Shown here piece after piece: positions 1-9,520 of a DNA stretch of 64,000 nucleotides. The stretch spans positions 11,892 to 75,891 of IMG/VR virus record IMGVR_UViG_3300032307_000117. The stretch is one strand, 5' to 3'. The DNA is from a virus. The notes beneath the pieces were generated by a model. It did not search any database, was not told where the DNA came from, and saw only the letters and a list, made by a program, of their open reading frames with translations. The translations under genes were made by a program, and so were the position numbers. Positions within the stretch are counted from its first letter, which is position 1; each line of letters starts with the position of its first letter.

Positions 1-2877
1 GTCTAGAATTTCTACACGAGACCAGCCCTTGCCACGCTTAATTCCTTTTACCATACCCATAAGAATAAACGATCCCTTTTCTTCAAACTCCTCTACATCA
101 TTTATAAATGCGTGGAAGTGAGATGGAACGGTAATGTTAAACTCTGGTAGGTTTAGATACTCGTATAGGTTCTCACGAATGTCATCATCGTTTCTTGGGT
201 TGTCCTCAAATGTTGCAGCACCGACAACTCTCAAAGCCTGGAGGGCACGAGTGTTAACACCATTGCCCTTGGTCATAGTAAACTCTTCTAGCTCTTTATA
301 GGTCTTGAATGGTCTAGCAGCAAGATACTTGGAGGCAATGTTGTCTGAGATATACTTGATAGCAGTTAGTCCAAATCTAATGCCCTTGCCCTCAATCTTA
401 AAGTCAATATCTGAATCATTGATGTGTGGCAGCCTTACAGAAATACCCATTCTTTTTGCCTCAATTAGATATTCAGTTCTTGCATCCTTATCTTTTTCAT
501 TCTTAAGAATCGCAAACATAAATTCTAGTGGATAGTGGGACTTTAGCCAAGCTGTCCAGTAAGATAGTGTTGAATAGGCCACAGCGTGAGACTTGTTGAA
601 GGAGTAGCCAGCGTGGGCTTCAAAGTCTTGCCAAAGCTCTACAGCTACGCTTGGAGCTAAGAATCTAGATGCACCCTCTACGAATCTATCCTTAAATACA
701 TCGAACTCTTTGGCATCCTTCTTCTTACCAATGATCTTACGAACCTTGTCAGCCTCAGCCATTGACATGCCACCAAGCTCTGTACATGCCTGCATAACCT
801 GTTCCTGGTATAGAATACAGCCATAGGTATCCTCTGTAAACTTCTTCATAACCTGGTGGTGGTAGCTAATGTTTTGCTTACCGTGCTTTCTAGCAATATA
901 GTCTTTTCCAATGGTGTTAGCTGCACCTGGTCTAACCAATGCGTTAGAGGCTACTAGCTCAGAAAAATTCCTTACACCCATCTTTACAAGAAGATTGGTA
1001 TATGGTGTAGCTTCACATTGGAATACGCCCTTTGTGTATCCACTAGATAGCATTTCATATACCTTATCGTCTTCCATGCCAATTTTTAGAAGGTCTATCT
1101 TTTTGCCATGGCGATCTTCGATAATCTGCAAAGTATCTTTAAGAACACTGAGGGTCTTCAGACCCAAAGCATCAATCTTAATAAGACCAATTCTCTCTGC
1201 TTCTGTCATGTCTACCGCAACCACAGGGATTCTTTCATTAGACCCAGGGCTTGTTCTAGTTTCCATTGGTGCAAATCTGAAGATGGGGTCCTTGCTAGTA
1301 ACAACTCCAGCAGCGTGGATTCCAGTACCACGAATACGGCCACGAAGCTGTTCCCCATACTTTTCAATTTCTGGATACTTGAGCCTAAACTCTAGTGTGC
1401 TCTTTGAGGTGCAATATTCATCCCATGTGTCTACCATCTTAAGAACCTTGTTGACATCTGGCAAAGGGATGTTTAGAACACGTGCGATGTCTCGAACAAC
1501 ACCCTTGTCTTTGAATTCCAGGAACGTTGCAATAGATGCTACGTGTCGATACTGTCGGACTAGATAGTCCTTAACCTCATCACGCCTAGAGTCCTGGATA
1601 TCTGTATCAATATCTGGAAAGTCATTACGTTCAGGATTAATAAATCGGAAGAATAGCAAACCGTGTGGAATTGGGTCAATATCTGTAATTCCTAAGGAAT
1701 AGCATAGCAATGATCCAGCAGATGATCCTCGTCCTGGGCCTACCATGATACCCTCTTTTTTAGCCCAGTTAATCATATTACGAACCACAAGAAAGTATGG
1801 CCCAAAGTTTTTGTCCTTGATTACTTTCAGCTCTTCGTCAAGTCTGTCGAGATACTCTTGCTTGGTATCAAGGCCTCTTTCCTTTAGCCCTTCAAGAGCT
1901 AGTGACTTTAGCTCACCATCTGGATCCTTATACTGAACTGGCAAAAGGTTGAGGCCATCTTTAATATTGTAGTCTTCAATCTTTTCTGCAAGTTCAACCG
2001 TATTAGAATACATGTCTGGTCTATCAATACCCTGGGCTTCCATGGCAGACTTAATCTCTTCGTAAGATAGCAGATGAATGTCAAACTTATTAAAGCTCAT
2101 CTGCCTATCTGCACCATATAGGTAGTCAAGTCTTTCCATCAAGTTTTCGTACTTCTTAGACTTTTCATATGTAGCGTCTTTCTGTACCTTGTTAGAGTAT
2201 GTGTTTAGAATAAGCTTTAGCTCCTGCACTTCTTTCTGAGAAGTGTCTGCGTGGTGACAGTCTGGGGTGGCAATCATCTTTACCCCGAATTCATCCGCAA
2301 GCTCTACAAGAACTTTGTTAATTTCTGCGGCTGTGTGTGGCATCATTTCGATGTAGTAGTCATCGCCAAAAACATTCTTAAACCACTCGATGTGTTTCTT
2401 GGCTACTGCAAGCTCTCCAGCTTCGATAGCCTTTGCCAGAACACCAGATGGACAGGCTGAAGAAACAATAATTCCTTCTTTATATTGCTCTAGAACCTTG
2501 TAGTCAATTCTTGGCTTCTTGTAAAAGCCTTCAGTCCATGCAATTTCATTTAGCTTGTTTAGGTTTTCCAAACCCTTTTTGTTCTTGGCGAGAAGGATAA
2601 TGTGATTGTAGATTAGGTCTAGTGGACCAGTTCTTTCGTCTTTATCACGGTGGTCAAAACGGTCATCAGTGATGTACCCTTCTACGCCAAGGATTGGCTT
2701 AATGCCCTTTTCTTTCGCAGCACGGTACATCTCTCTGTGTCCAGAAAGAGACCCGTGGTCCGTGATTGCTAGGGCAGGCATCCCCAGGGATACCGCACGA
2801 TCTACATACTCTTGTGGGGTGGCGATTCCGTCAAAGAGTGAGTAGTGCGTGTGGACATGTAAGCCAACATAAGCCAT
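1..2877 (-). CDS. dnaE: DNA polymerase III alpha subunit (family C); 3' end runs off the window
   Basis: Absent from the ORF track; translated by hand from ATG 2877: MAYVGLHVHTHYSLFDG (PHP domain), GPGRGSSAGSLLCYSLGIT, PERNDFPDIDTD (catalytic), IKIDALGLKTL, YSFNKSHAVAYS. Confidence 0.97.
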   Translation of the reverse strand, partial: MAYVGLHVHTHYSLFDGIATPQEYVDRAVSLGMPALAITDHGSLSGHREMYRAAKEKGIKPILGVEGYITDDRFDHRDKDERTGPLDLIYNHIILLAKNKKGLENLNKLNEIAWTEGFYKKPRIDYKVLEQYKEGIIVSSACPSGVLAKAIEAGELAVAKKHIEWFKNVFGDDYYIEMMPHTAAEINKVLVELADEFGVKMIATPDCHHADTSQKEVQELKLILNTYSNKVQKDATYEKSKKYENLMERLDYLYGADRQMSFNKFDIHLLSYEEIKSAMEAQGIDRPDMYSNTVELAEKIEDYNIKDGLNLLPVQYKDPDGELKSLALEGLKERGLDTKQEYLDRLDEELKVIKDKNFGPYFLVVRNMINWAKKEGIMVGPGRGSSAGSLLCYSLGITDIDPIPHGLLFFRFINPERNDFPDIDTDIQDSRRDEVKDYLVRQYRHVASIATFLEFKDKGVVRDIARVLNIPLPDVNKVLKMVDTWDEYCTSKSTLEFRLKYPEIEKYGEQLRGRIRGTGIHAAGVVTSKDPIFRFAPMETRTSPGSNERIPVVAVDMTEAERIGLIKIDALGLKTLSVLKDTLQIIEDRHGKKIDLLKIGMEDDKVYEMLSSGYTKGVFQCEATPYTNLLVKMGVRNFSELVASNALVRPGAANTIGKDYIARKHGKQNISYHHQVMKKFTEDTYGCILYQEQVMQACTELGGMSMAEADKVRKIIGKKKDAKEFDVFKDRFVEGASRFLAPSVAVELWQDFEAHAGYSFNKSHAVAYSTLSYWTAWLKSHYPLEFMFAILKNEKDKDARTEYLIEAKRMGISVRLPHINDSDIDFKIEGKGIRFGLTAIKYISDNIASKYLAARPFKTYKELEEFTMTKGNGVNTRALQALRVVGAATFEDNPRNDDDIRENLYEYLNLPEFNITVPSHFHAFINDVEEFEEKGSFILMGMVKGIKRGKGWSRVEILD

Positions 2878-2890
2878 AGTTATTTATCTT

Positions 2891-3544
2891 CTACCAGTCG
2901 ATGTTGGATGAAGTAACTGATGGCGAGTCAAAGCCCAGGTAGAAAGCTTCCTGCTCTGCATATGGAACTTTCTTTAGGGCCATCTCTAGTGGGTATGGCT
3001 CAACGCTTGCCCAATTGAATGGCTCTGTATCTGGAGCTGAAGGAATTAGTGTGTAGTTTGTTTCTGTTCCCTGACCATTGCGCTTTAGCTTCCAGGTTAG
3101 GTTCGAGATACTTCCAGTCTCTAGCGCATACTCACGAATTGTGTTAAACGATGACTGCTTGCTAATGCCCATAGACCAAATAGCTACGTATGGAGCATCG
3201 ATACCGTCGTCTACTAGAACGTTGCAGTAGAAGCGCAGTCTTGCTCTCCAGCCAGCCTTAGGATCTTTTCTGTGCATTTCTTCTGCCCAGTCACGACCTT
3301 CTGTGTCCATTGTGTCTACAGCCTTACGCTTGTAGTCCTTTGGATTTGTGTGTTCCTTTACAACGATAGCCAAGCCACGCTTAGGATCATAGTTAGCTGA
3401 ATCCTCGTCCAGCTCTTCAATAAAGCGGATCTTTACTGACTGGCCGTCAGCAAGCTTTAGCCACTTTACTCTTGGTGAATTTTCGTCATACTTTGGTTTG
3501 TCAAGCAGGGCGTTGATGTCTTTTAGTCCCTTTATTACGCTCAT
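2891..3544 (-). CDS. Single-stranded DNA-binding protein (phage gp32/gp2.5-like)
   Basis: Between primase and polymerase; WLKLADGQSVKIRF, KLKRNGQGTETNYTL and acidic/aromatic C-terminus (SSNIDW). Confidence 0.7.
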   Translation of the reverse strand: MSVIKGLKDINALLDKPKYDENSPRVKWLKLADGQSVKIRFIEELDEDSANYDPKRGLAIVVKEHTNPKDYKRKAVDTMDTEGRDWAEEMHRKDPKAGWRARLRFYCNVLVDDGIDAPYVAIWSMGISKQSSFNTIREYALETGSISNLTWKLKRNGQGTETNYTLIPSAPDTEPFNWASVEPYPLEMALKKVPYAEQEAFYLGFDSPSVTSSNIDW

Positions 3545-3575
3545 TATTTCTCCTATTTTTATATTTTTGGTTTTA

Positions 3576-4520
3576 TTATTTTAACATAGACATGATAGAG
3601 TTGTCAAACTTAAAGTCTAATTCTTTAATTGCTTCGTCTGTCATATCCCCAATATCCTTGTATTGTTTGTCTATTTGTATTACGCTAACACGTGATGCTA
3701 GTTTCTCAACTATCTTATCTTTCATGTTACCGCCAGCTTCATCGTTATCTGCAATGACAATAATGTCATTGAAATACTTCTGAAGAAGTTCTATTTGAAT
3801 GTTTGATACATTTGATCCCAAGGTTGCTACCGCTGGGAATCCGCACTGGTCCAGCCTAATAGCATCGAATGATGACTCTACGACATATACCTTACCAGCT
3901 GCCTTTATTCTGTGTAGGTTAAACAGAATCTTGCTCTTAGGAAGTTTCGGAGTGTTCTTAAATTCTTTGCCCTCAATAGATCTACCAACAAAACCGACCT
4001 CCATGCCGTCTGGAGAGTGAACTGGTATTGTGACCATATCCTGCTTTTCAGAAAATCCTAGGGAAAACTTCTTTACAGACTCTTCGGATATCAGCCTAGA
4101 CTGAAAATATCTCATAGCTCTAGGGGACTCTAGTGCCTGGGTGTTTAGCCTTTTAATTGTTAGCTCATCGAACTGGACATAGTCTGGCTGGTGCCTTAGC
4201 TGATTTTCAATATCCTGCTCAAGGCTTGTCTCTTGTTCTTTGCTCTTTATAAATCTTACAGATTCAAAGTAGGTTCTGTTAGACGTGAACATTATTAGCT
4301 CTACTAGATCTACAACCTTGTGACAAGAAAAGCAAAAGAATATGCCGCTAGACTTATCTACTTCTCCAGCTGGTGTCCTGTAGTTTCCATGAAAAGGACA
4401 AAATATGATGTAGTCAGAGTCTACCTCTGATTCAACATCTATACCCGCACCAGCAAGGACTCTCTTAATCTGCTCTTTTGAGTATAGATTTGAGTGTCTT
4501 CTTCTGTCTCTGCTATCCAT
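3576..4520 (-). CDS. dnaG: DNA primase (CHC2 zinc finger + TOPRIM)
   Basis: CPFH...CFSC zinc finger; VYVVESSFDA and IADNDEAG TOPRIM motifs. Confidence 0.93.
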   Translation of the reverse strand: MDSRDRRRHSNLYSKEQIKRVLAGAGIDVESEVDSDYIIFCPFHGNYRTPAGEVDKSSGIFFCFSCHKVVDLVELIMFTSNRTYFESVRFIKSKEQETSLEQDIENQLRHQPDYVQFDELTIKRLNTQALESPRAMRYFQSRLISEESVKKFSLGFSEKQDMVTIPVHSPDGMEVGFVGRSIEGKEFKNTPKLPKSKILFNLHRIKAAGKVYVVESSFDAIRLDQCGFPAVATLGSNVSNIQIELLQKYFNDIIVIADNDEAGGNMKDKIVEKLASRVSVIQIDKQYKDIGDMTDEAIKELDFKFDNSIMSMLK

Positions 4521-4545
4521 TTTATTTCCGTATATTCTTTATATT

Positions 4546-5766
4546 TTATTTATCTTCAAAGTCTTTGTATTTGTAAATGCCTCTGTCAAAATCTGCCTGG
4601 ACTAGGAACTCCCCCATAAATCCATTTCTATTTTTCCTAAAAACACATTCTATGATATCACTATTTGTTCCACGACCCAAAGCCATTACCCAGTCAGCAT
4701 CGTAAGCAATCTGGCGAGACCATGCAGTCTGACCAAGAGTTGGTACGGTGTCTAGCTTTGTAACATCGTCTGGCGTTGCAGAAGAAATGGCCATGATTGG
4801 CACTGCTTCAGAAATAGCCATAAGCTTTAGCTCACGAGAAAGATTCTTCATTCTAACAGTTTCGTTATCTGACTTTTGGTTTGGGCTCATAAGCTGAAGG
4901 TAGTCTACGATTACGAAGTCTGGCTTATATTGATCAATCTTTCCACGAAGAACTGATGGCGTAATATCTCCACCAGTGTCATTAGAAATAATGTGAAACT
5001 CTGGCTTGCCCTCTAGATGATTCTTGTGCCACATCTTAAGCGTGTCTAGCTCAACCTCTCCAGAGCTCATCTTTCTGTGGGACCAAAGACCTTCGCCCAT
5101 AATTGTAAATACACGATTACGGACTTCTGTCTCTGACATTTCTAGAGAGATTACTAGTGGCGACTTTCCCTGTTTCCATGCCTGTACCGCAAAGTAAAGT
5201 GATAGCCAGGACTTACCGATTCCAGGATACGCTAGGAACACGCCAAGCTGTCCTGGCATAATTCCAGCTGGGAGATAGTTGTCAAATCCTGGCAGGCCAG
5301 TTTTAATTCCAGCGATTCCAGCTTCTTGCTGCTTCTTTAGGTTTTCAAAGTAAGCAATGGCAGACTCTAGGTCGGTGACATCAATGTCTCGAATTGCTGC
5401 AGTGTTTTTCTTAAGCTCTGATGTTTGCGAGATGAGCGACTCTAGGGCATGAGTACCATTGCCATTCTGAACGTCTGCAGCAGCCTGTCTAATAATATCC
5501 TTTAGGCTATCGTTAAGATATTCTGTCTGCAGCTCTTCTAGGTGGTGCTTGGTTGCACCAACGCTATCTACAGGGTGGAAGTCTCTAAACTTTTCTATGA
5601 CCAGTGACTTTGGTGGAACTGATCCATTGTGCTCTGTATAGTTTCTAATGAAATCCCAGATATCGTTGTGGGTTCTTAGAAGTCCGTCGACGTTGGCCTG
5701 AAGCAAAACATGAACTTGTTTATCTTCCAATACCGCAGATATTAGTTTTGCCTCTGTGTTATTCAT
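4546..5766 (-). CDS. dnaB: Replicative DnaB-like (SF4) helicase
   Basis: Walker A AYPGIGKS, ISLEM, VIVDYLQLM, DADWVMAL, KNRNG. Confidence 0.95.
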   Translation of the reverse strand: MNNTEAKLISAVLEDKQVHVLLQANVDGLLRTHNDIWDFIRNYTEHNGSVPPKSLVIEKFRDFHPVDSVGATKHHLEELQTEYLNDSLKDIIRQAAADVQNGNGTHALESLISQTSELKKNTAAIRDIDVTDLESAIAYFENLKKQQEAGIAGIKTGLPGFDNYLPAGIMPGQLGVFLAYPGIGKSWLSLYFAVQAWKQGKSPLVISLEMSETEVRNRVFTIMGEGLWSHRKMSSGEVELDTLKMWHKNHLEGKPEFHIISNDTGGDITPSVLRGKIDQYKPDFVIVDYLQLMSPNQKSDNETVRMKNLSRELKLMAISEAVPIMAISSATPDDVTKLDTVPTLGQTAWSRQIAYDADWVMALGRGTNSDIIECVFRKNRNGFMGEFLVQADFDRGIYKYKDFEDK

Positions 5767-6067
5767 TTAGCCATTCCCTCGCCATTCTTCGTCTCTGTAT
5801 TCTTTCTTGTAAATCTTGTTCGTACTGACTTCTAGAGTCCTGGATTTTATCTGCATAGTTTGCAAAGTATTTCCATGCTGGACTCTGAGAAACGTCGAAA
5901 TAATATTGTAGCAGATCGTAGCAGAACTCTATACCATACGACTCAATCAGGGCATCTGCTGCCCACTGCTCTACGTTTAGATTAAGATTGGGTCGCTCAT
6001 TGTACTTTGCTGCATGCAACTTGCTGTATCTGCTGAGCAAAGCCATACGGTCTTTGCGCTCAGGCAT
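5759..6067 (-). CDS. Hypothetical protein coupled to helicase (possible loader)
   Basis: 102-aa ORF overlapping both neighbours. Confidence 0.75.
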   Translation of the reverse strand: MPERKDRMALLSRYSKLHAAKYNERPNLNLNVEQWAADALIESYGIEFCYDLLQYYFDVSQSPAWKYFANYADKIQDSRSQYEQDLQERIQRRRMAREWLNE

Positions 6068-6279
6068 TACTCTGAAACTTCTTCTTTGGCTTCGTTAATC
6101 TTAGTAATTAGCTTCTGCTCAACAAATGAGTAGACACGAGTAAAGGCTTCGTCAATCGATTCGCCATCTCGCTTTGAGTCAACAACCCCAAGATCAATTC
6201 TTAGAGATTGGAAGTTTCCTAGATTAAGCGTATAACCTAGAGCAACGTTAACTTTTGTGCTGTCGTTTTCCATACCCAT
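6067..6279 (-). CDS. Small conserved phage protein
   Basis: TLNLGNFQSLRIDLG motif common in phage replication modules; start at 6279 or 6273. Confidence 0.75.
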   Translation of the reverse strand: MGMENDSTKVNVALGYTLNLGNFQSLRIDLGVVDSKRDGESIDEAFTRVYSFVEQKLITKINEAKEEVSE

Positions 6280-6293
6280 ACCCTTTCAAGGTA

Positions 6294-6839
6294 CTAAATA
6301 GATTCACTCCAAATCGGAATGAATCTGCCGTCTTCTGTTCTCGTATAAGTCAGTATACCATCACCCATACGCCTTGTCAACTCCTGACGTGTTGGGGTTA
6401 TATCATTTGTAATAAGCTTATCTTTCCTTGGTCTACCCTGATGGTAAGAGGCAAGGATGTCACGGATTTCTCTGACCTGTGATTCAGAGTAGTAGGACCT
6501 AACCTGCCAGCCCCTCTCTCCGCCCTTCTGGGAGCCCATAGGAAAGGGAATGACGCCTCTTTTCATCAAACTAGGCATATACTTCTTGTGCCTGTTTACA
6601 AGGTCTGCAGTCTGTCCTACGGTATAGGCTCTTTCCCTGTTCTTCTTAAAATCACTAATAAGACAGCTTTCAATCTGGTCTTTGGTTATGTTGTAAACAG
6701 ACATAATTCCATTAGACTTATTCAGGTGATGGATCCTTACAAGGTCACCATTTAAGAACCAGACCTTTTTGTTGCCAGGAATTACTGGAGCCTCGTTATA
6801 TTTTTCTTCTTCTATTGATCGCTTATCGTTGGCTGCCAA
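6294..6839 (-). CDS. DNA-binding protein with MerR-like winged HTH
   Basis: AYTVGQTADLVNRH...RGVIPFP...RSYYSESQV; TTG start after GGCGGGG. Confidence 0.65.
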   Translation of the reverse strand: MAANDKRSIEEEKYNEAPVIPGNKKVWFLNGDLVRIHHLNKSNGIMSVYNITKDQIESCLISDFKKNRERAYTVGQTADLVNRHKKYMPSLMKRGVIPFPMGSQKGGERGWQVRSYYSESQVREIRDILASYHQGRPRKDKLITNDITPTRQELTRRMGDGILTYTRTEDGRFIPIWSESI

Positions 6840-6856
6840 AACATACCCCGCCTTTA

Positions 6857-7300
6857 TTAGTTAGGGATTCCAATTGCAATTAGGTTTACGCCAGCAGATA
6901 CGTCTCCGCTAATATTAAATTTAACTAGCCCATCAATAGATGATGTGGTTACTCCAGTTATTACAACTGAAACGTCTTTACCAGCTGAAGTATTTCCAAT
7001 ATTCACTAGTGTAGCTGTAACAATTGGCGGATACTTAAAGTCTGTTGGAAAGCTGTATGAAAAGGTCTTTTCGTTTCCTGCGTTTACTGAGCTGTTGTTT
7101 GCTACCTGCACGAACCCTGCAATAAATCTTGCCTCTGAGGCCCTAACGCTTTGCTTGCCCGCACTTGGGGTGTCAACAGTTACATACTTATAAACTGCTG
7201 GAGAAATCTCCGACGACATCTCATTAACTGCATTAACAATCTGAGCAACATAAGTCAAGTCTAGTGGTTGCCCACGCTCTGGTACTGGTATTCTTGCCAT
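6857..7300 (-). CDS. Minor tail/baseplate protein (H-type lectin-like C-terminus)
   Basis: FPTDFKYPPIVTAT...VNLIAIG; last gene of the tail operon. Confidence 0.6.
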   Translation of the reverse strand: MARIPVPERGQPLDLTYVAQIVNAVNEMSSEISPAVYKYVTVDTPSAGKQSVRASEARFIAGFVQVANNSSVNAGNEKTFSYSFPTDFKYPPIVTATLVNIGNTSAGKDVSVVITGVTTSSIDGLVKFNISGDVSAGVNLIAIGIPN

Positions 7301-7323
7301 TTTTCTCCTATATTATTATATCA

Positions 7324-7833
7324 TTAAATCGTTGTGTTAGCTTTAGAGTATACCTTTAAAAAGGCGTCTGGAGCATCTGATCTGGTCACTGGATTGCCAA
7401 CGACATATATCTCAACATCTAGCCTATTAGGCTGGTCTTCTTGATCCACGCCATTGATAAAGTAGGTATCTACTGGAATAATTGTTAGGCTGGTTCCTTC
7501 GATTCTTTCAAAGTATGTCCAGTCTCCCGCATCACTCTTATGCCACCTAAGCCAAACATCGTATTGTAAAGCTTTTCTAACAATATTATTATTCTTTTTA
7601 ATTGTTACTGGATTCCAGATGATCAGGACGTGACCAGCATTCTTTTCTACCAGCAATTGACCATATGGCACTAATTCATACTCTGGTTTAATATTATATA
7701 CTGGAGACCAGTGAGAGGCCCTGTTTCGGTCTTCAGAAATTATTCGATACCTAACGCTGTATGCCTCAGTCTGAGTATTTACTGGTGGAAGGTTTGCTTG
7801 TAAAACTACCGCCTTTTTTACAACATCTGCCAT
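7324..7833 (-). CDS. Minor tail/baseplate protein
   Basis: Beta-rich ORF, TAATG-coupled within the tail operon. Confidence 0.6.
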   Translation of the reverse strand: MADVVKKAVVLQANLPPVNTQTEAYSVRYRIISEDRNRASHWSPVYNIKPEYELVPYGQLLVEKNAGHVLIIWNPVTIKKNNNIVRKALQYDVWLRWHKSDAGDWTYFERIEGTSLTIIPVDTYFINGVDQEDQPNRLDVEIYVVGNPVTRSDAPDAFLKVYSKANTTI

Positions 7834-8987
7834 TAGATTACATCCATTGCAAATCTAAACTCAATAAAGTTTGTAGTGTTGGCAAGCTTAGTAATTGTTC
7901 TGGCTTCCTGAGTTCTTACAGTTGAATACCCAGTAAGACCATATAGTGGATTTTCAGAAGTGGTGTTTTCCAGTCTTAGCGCATCCAAGAAAACATAGAA
8001 GTCACTTGAAACAGCTCCACCATTTACAACTGAAGCATAGATTTTTACAACATCCACAGAATTCCAGGTAAACCCAGCACTCTTAAACAGATCCTCAATC
8101 TTTTTGCTAACAACAACATATCTATTCTGGGCAAAGTCATGTTGTCCAGTTCCAGTTCCATTTTGTAGGTTAACCTCAAATCTAGCAAACTCAATATTCT
8201 CTGGAACAGAAGAATCTGAAGATGCAAACTCTAGCAAGATTCTAACAGTGTCTGGCACTTGAGAAGTGTTGGCATCTTTGCTAACAACAGAGAAAGCAAG
8301 CCTTAGCTCATCAGTTGGGGCACTCTTGTTTAGGTCAATAACTAGTCCAGTAATGTGAATGTGATTAGACTGATTTCCAGGAGATATGTCTGTTGGAATT
8401 AGGTGTCCGTCACCATCTGGAACAAGGCTTGAATCATCTCCACGAATAACTATTGTATTGTTCAAGAACCTGGTGGTTTCGTACCTTGCAATTCTTTCTG
8501 GTCTAGAAAAAATTCTATTGTCTGGGTTTGTCTGGAAAACCTGTAGGCCAGTCTCAATCTGTCCATCCTCGTTCTCCTCGTCAAGTGGCCCGTAAAGCTG
8601 TGGAATGGAAGTTGCAGCCTGTGCGGTGTGATATTCCCATCTTTCATTCTGACCAAAAGAATATATCATCTTGCTGTCATTGTCTCTTGCAGATGGATTT
8701 GATCCAGCAGAATAGATACCAATTTCGGTAATCTCATATCTTTCTTCTGTTGGTAGCTCTGCAGTTAATACAACTTTTGACATGCCTTCTTCGTTCACGT
8801 ATCCCCTGGAAATAATTGGAACACGGAACATCTCGAAGTCTAGGTTTTTCTTGGCAGAGTAATCTAGCAGTTCACCGTCAGATGCGATTGGCTTAGGGCC
8901 ACAGCCCACAGCAATGTAAGAGGCATAGGCTGGTGCCTGCCCAATCAAGTATTTGGCTAATATGTTTTTGCCTGTATTTGTTATCAT
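7833..8987 (-). CDS. Baseplate/tail structural protein
   Basis: MITNTGKNILAKYL...ITEIGIY N-terminus typical of baseplate/fibre-attachment proteins. Confidence 0.65.
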   Translation of the reverse strand: MITNTGKNILAKYLIGQAPAYASYIAVGCGPKPIASDGELLDYSAKKNLDFEMFRVPIISRGYVNEEGMSKVVLTAELPTEERYEITEIGIYSAGSNPSARDNDSKMIYSFGQNERWEYHTAQAATSIPQLYGPLDEENEDGQIETGLQVFQTNPDNRIFSRPERIARYETTRFLNNTIVIRGDDSSLVPDGDGHLIPTDISPGNQSNHIHITGLVIDLNKSAPTDELRLAFSVVSKDANTSQVPDTVRILLEFASSDSSVPENIEFARFEVNLQNGTGTGQHDFAQNRYVVVSKKIEDLFKSAGFTWNSVDVVKIYASVVNGGAVSSDFYVFLDALRLENTTSENPLYGLTGYSTVRTQEARTITKLANTTNFIEFRFAMDVI

Positions 8988-9517
8988 GGTGCTTCCTCTA
9001 TATCTACATATATTGTATCACTAAGTCGATCTTCTGAGGCCAATATCTGGACCTCTATTTGATACCCAGGATTTATGTTAATGACCTCTATATTTAGGTT
9101 TCCATTATTATCTAAATAAACAATCTTGTTCTTATTTGGATTTGCTGGATCTTCTGGTTCATCTATCTGGATATTTGGTAGATAGTTTTCAAGCTTAATT
9201 GGAAAGTTATTGAAAAAGGCAGAAGAATTCTGTGGTGAGAAAAGAATGTTCTGGGAGTTATACTGTAGGGCAATATCGTTTATGTTTTTAATAGGCTGGT
9301 TTATTACGTCCTGTCCATTAATAATATCATTGCGTGAAATACTGAGCAGTTCCTGTCCTCCGATGTCTTCAAAGAGTAGGTCTGCCATTATTTCTACTTC
9401 GATGCCCTCCTGGTCAAACAGGATTAGATCTGGAGTTGCTGGCTTTACTGGTTGTTCACGTGTCCTAGTTTTTAACTCTGGAATAATCGGAAATGGCATT
9501 ATTCTAAATTCACCCAT
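8984..9517 (-). CDS. Minor tail protein
   Basis: 177-aa ORF in the tail operon. Confidence 0.6.
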   Translation of the reverse strand: MGEFRIMPFPIIPELKTRTREQPVKPATPDLILFDQEGIEVEIMADLLFEDIGGQELLSISRNDIINGQDVINQPIKNINDIALQYNSQNILFSPQNSSAFFNNFPIKLENYLPNIQIDEPEDPANPNKNKIVYLDNNGNLNIEVININPGYQIEVQILASEDRLSDTIYVDIEEAP

Positions 9518-9520
9518 TTA

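Noticed and set aside
1-5766. Inteins or introns in DnaE and DnaB
   Set aside because: Motif spacing and lengths look normal; no splice or homing-endonuclease motifs were seen.
6812-6844. 10-codon ORF from the ATG at 6844 (MFWQPTISDQ)
   Set aside because: Too short, with the SD-like sequence abutting the ATG; the TTG at 6839 is better spaced.
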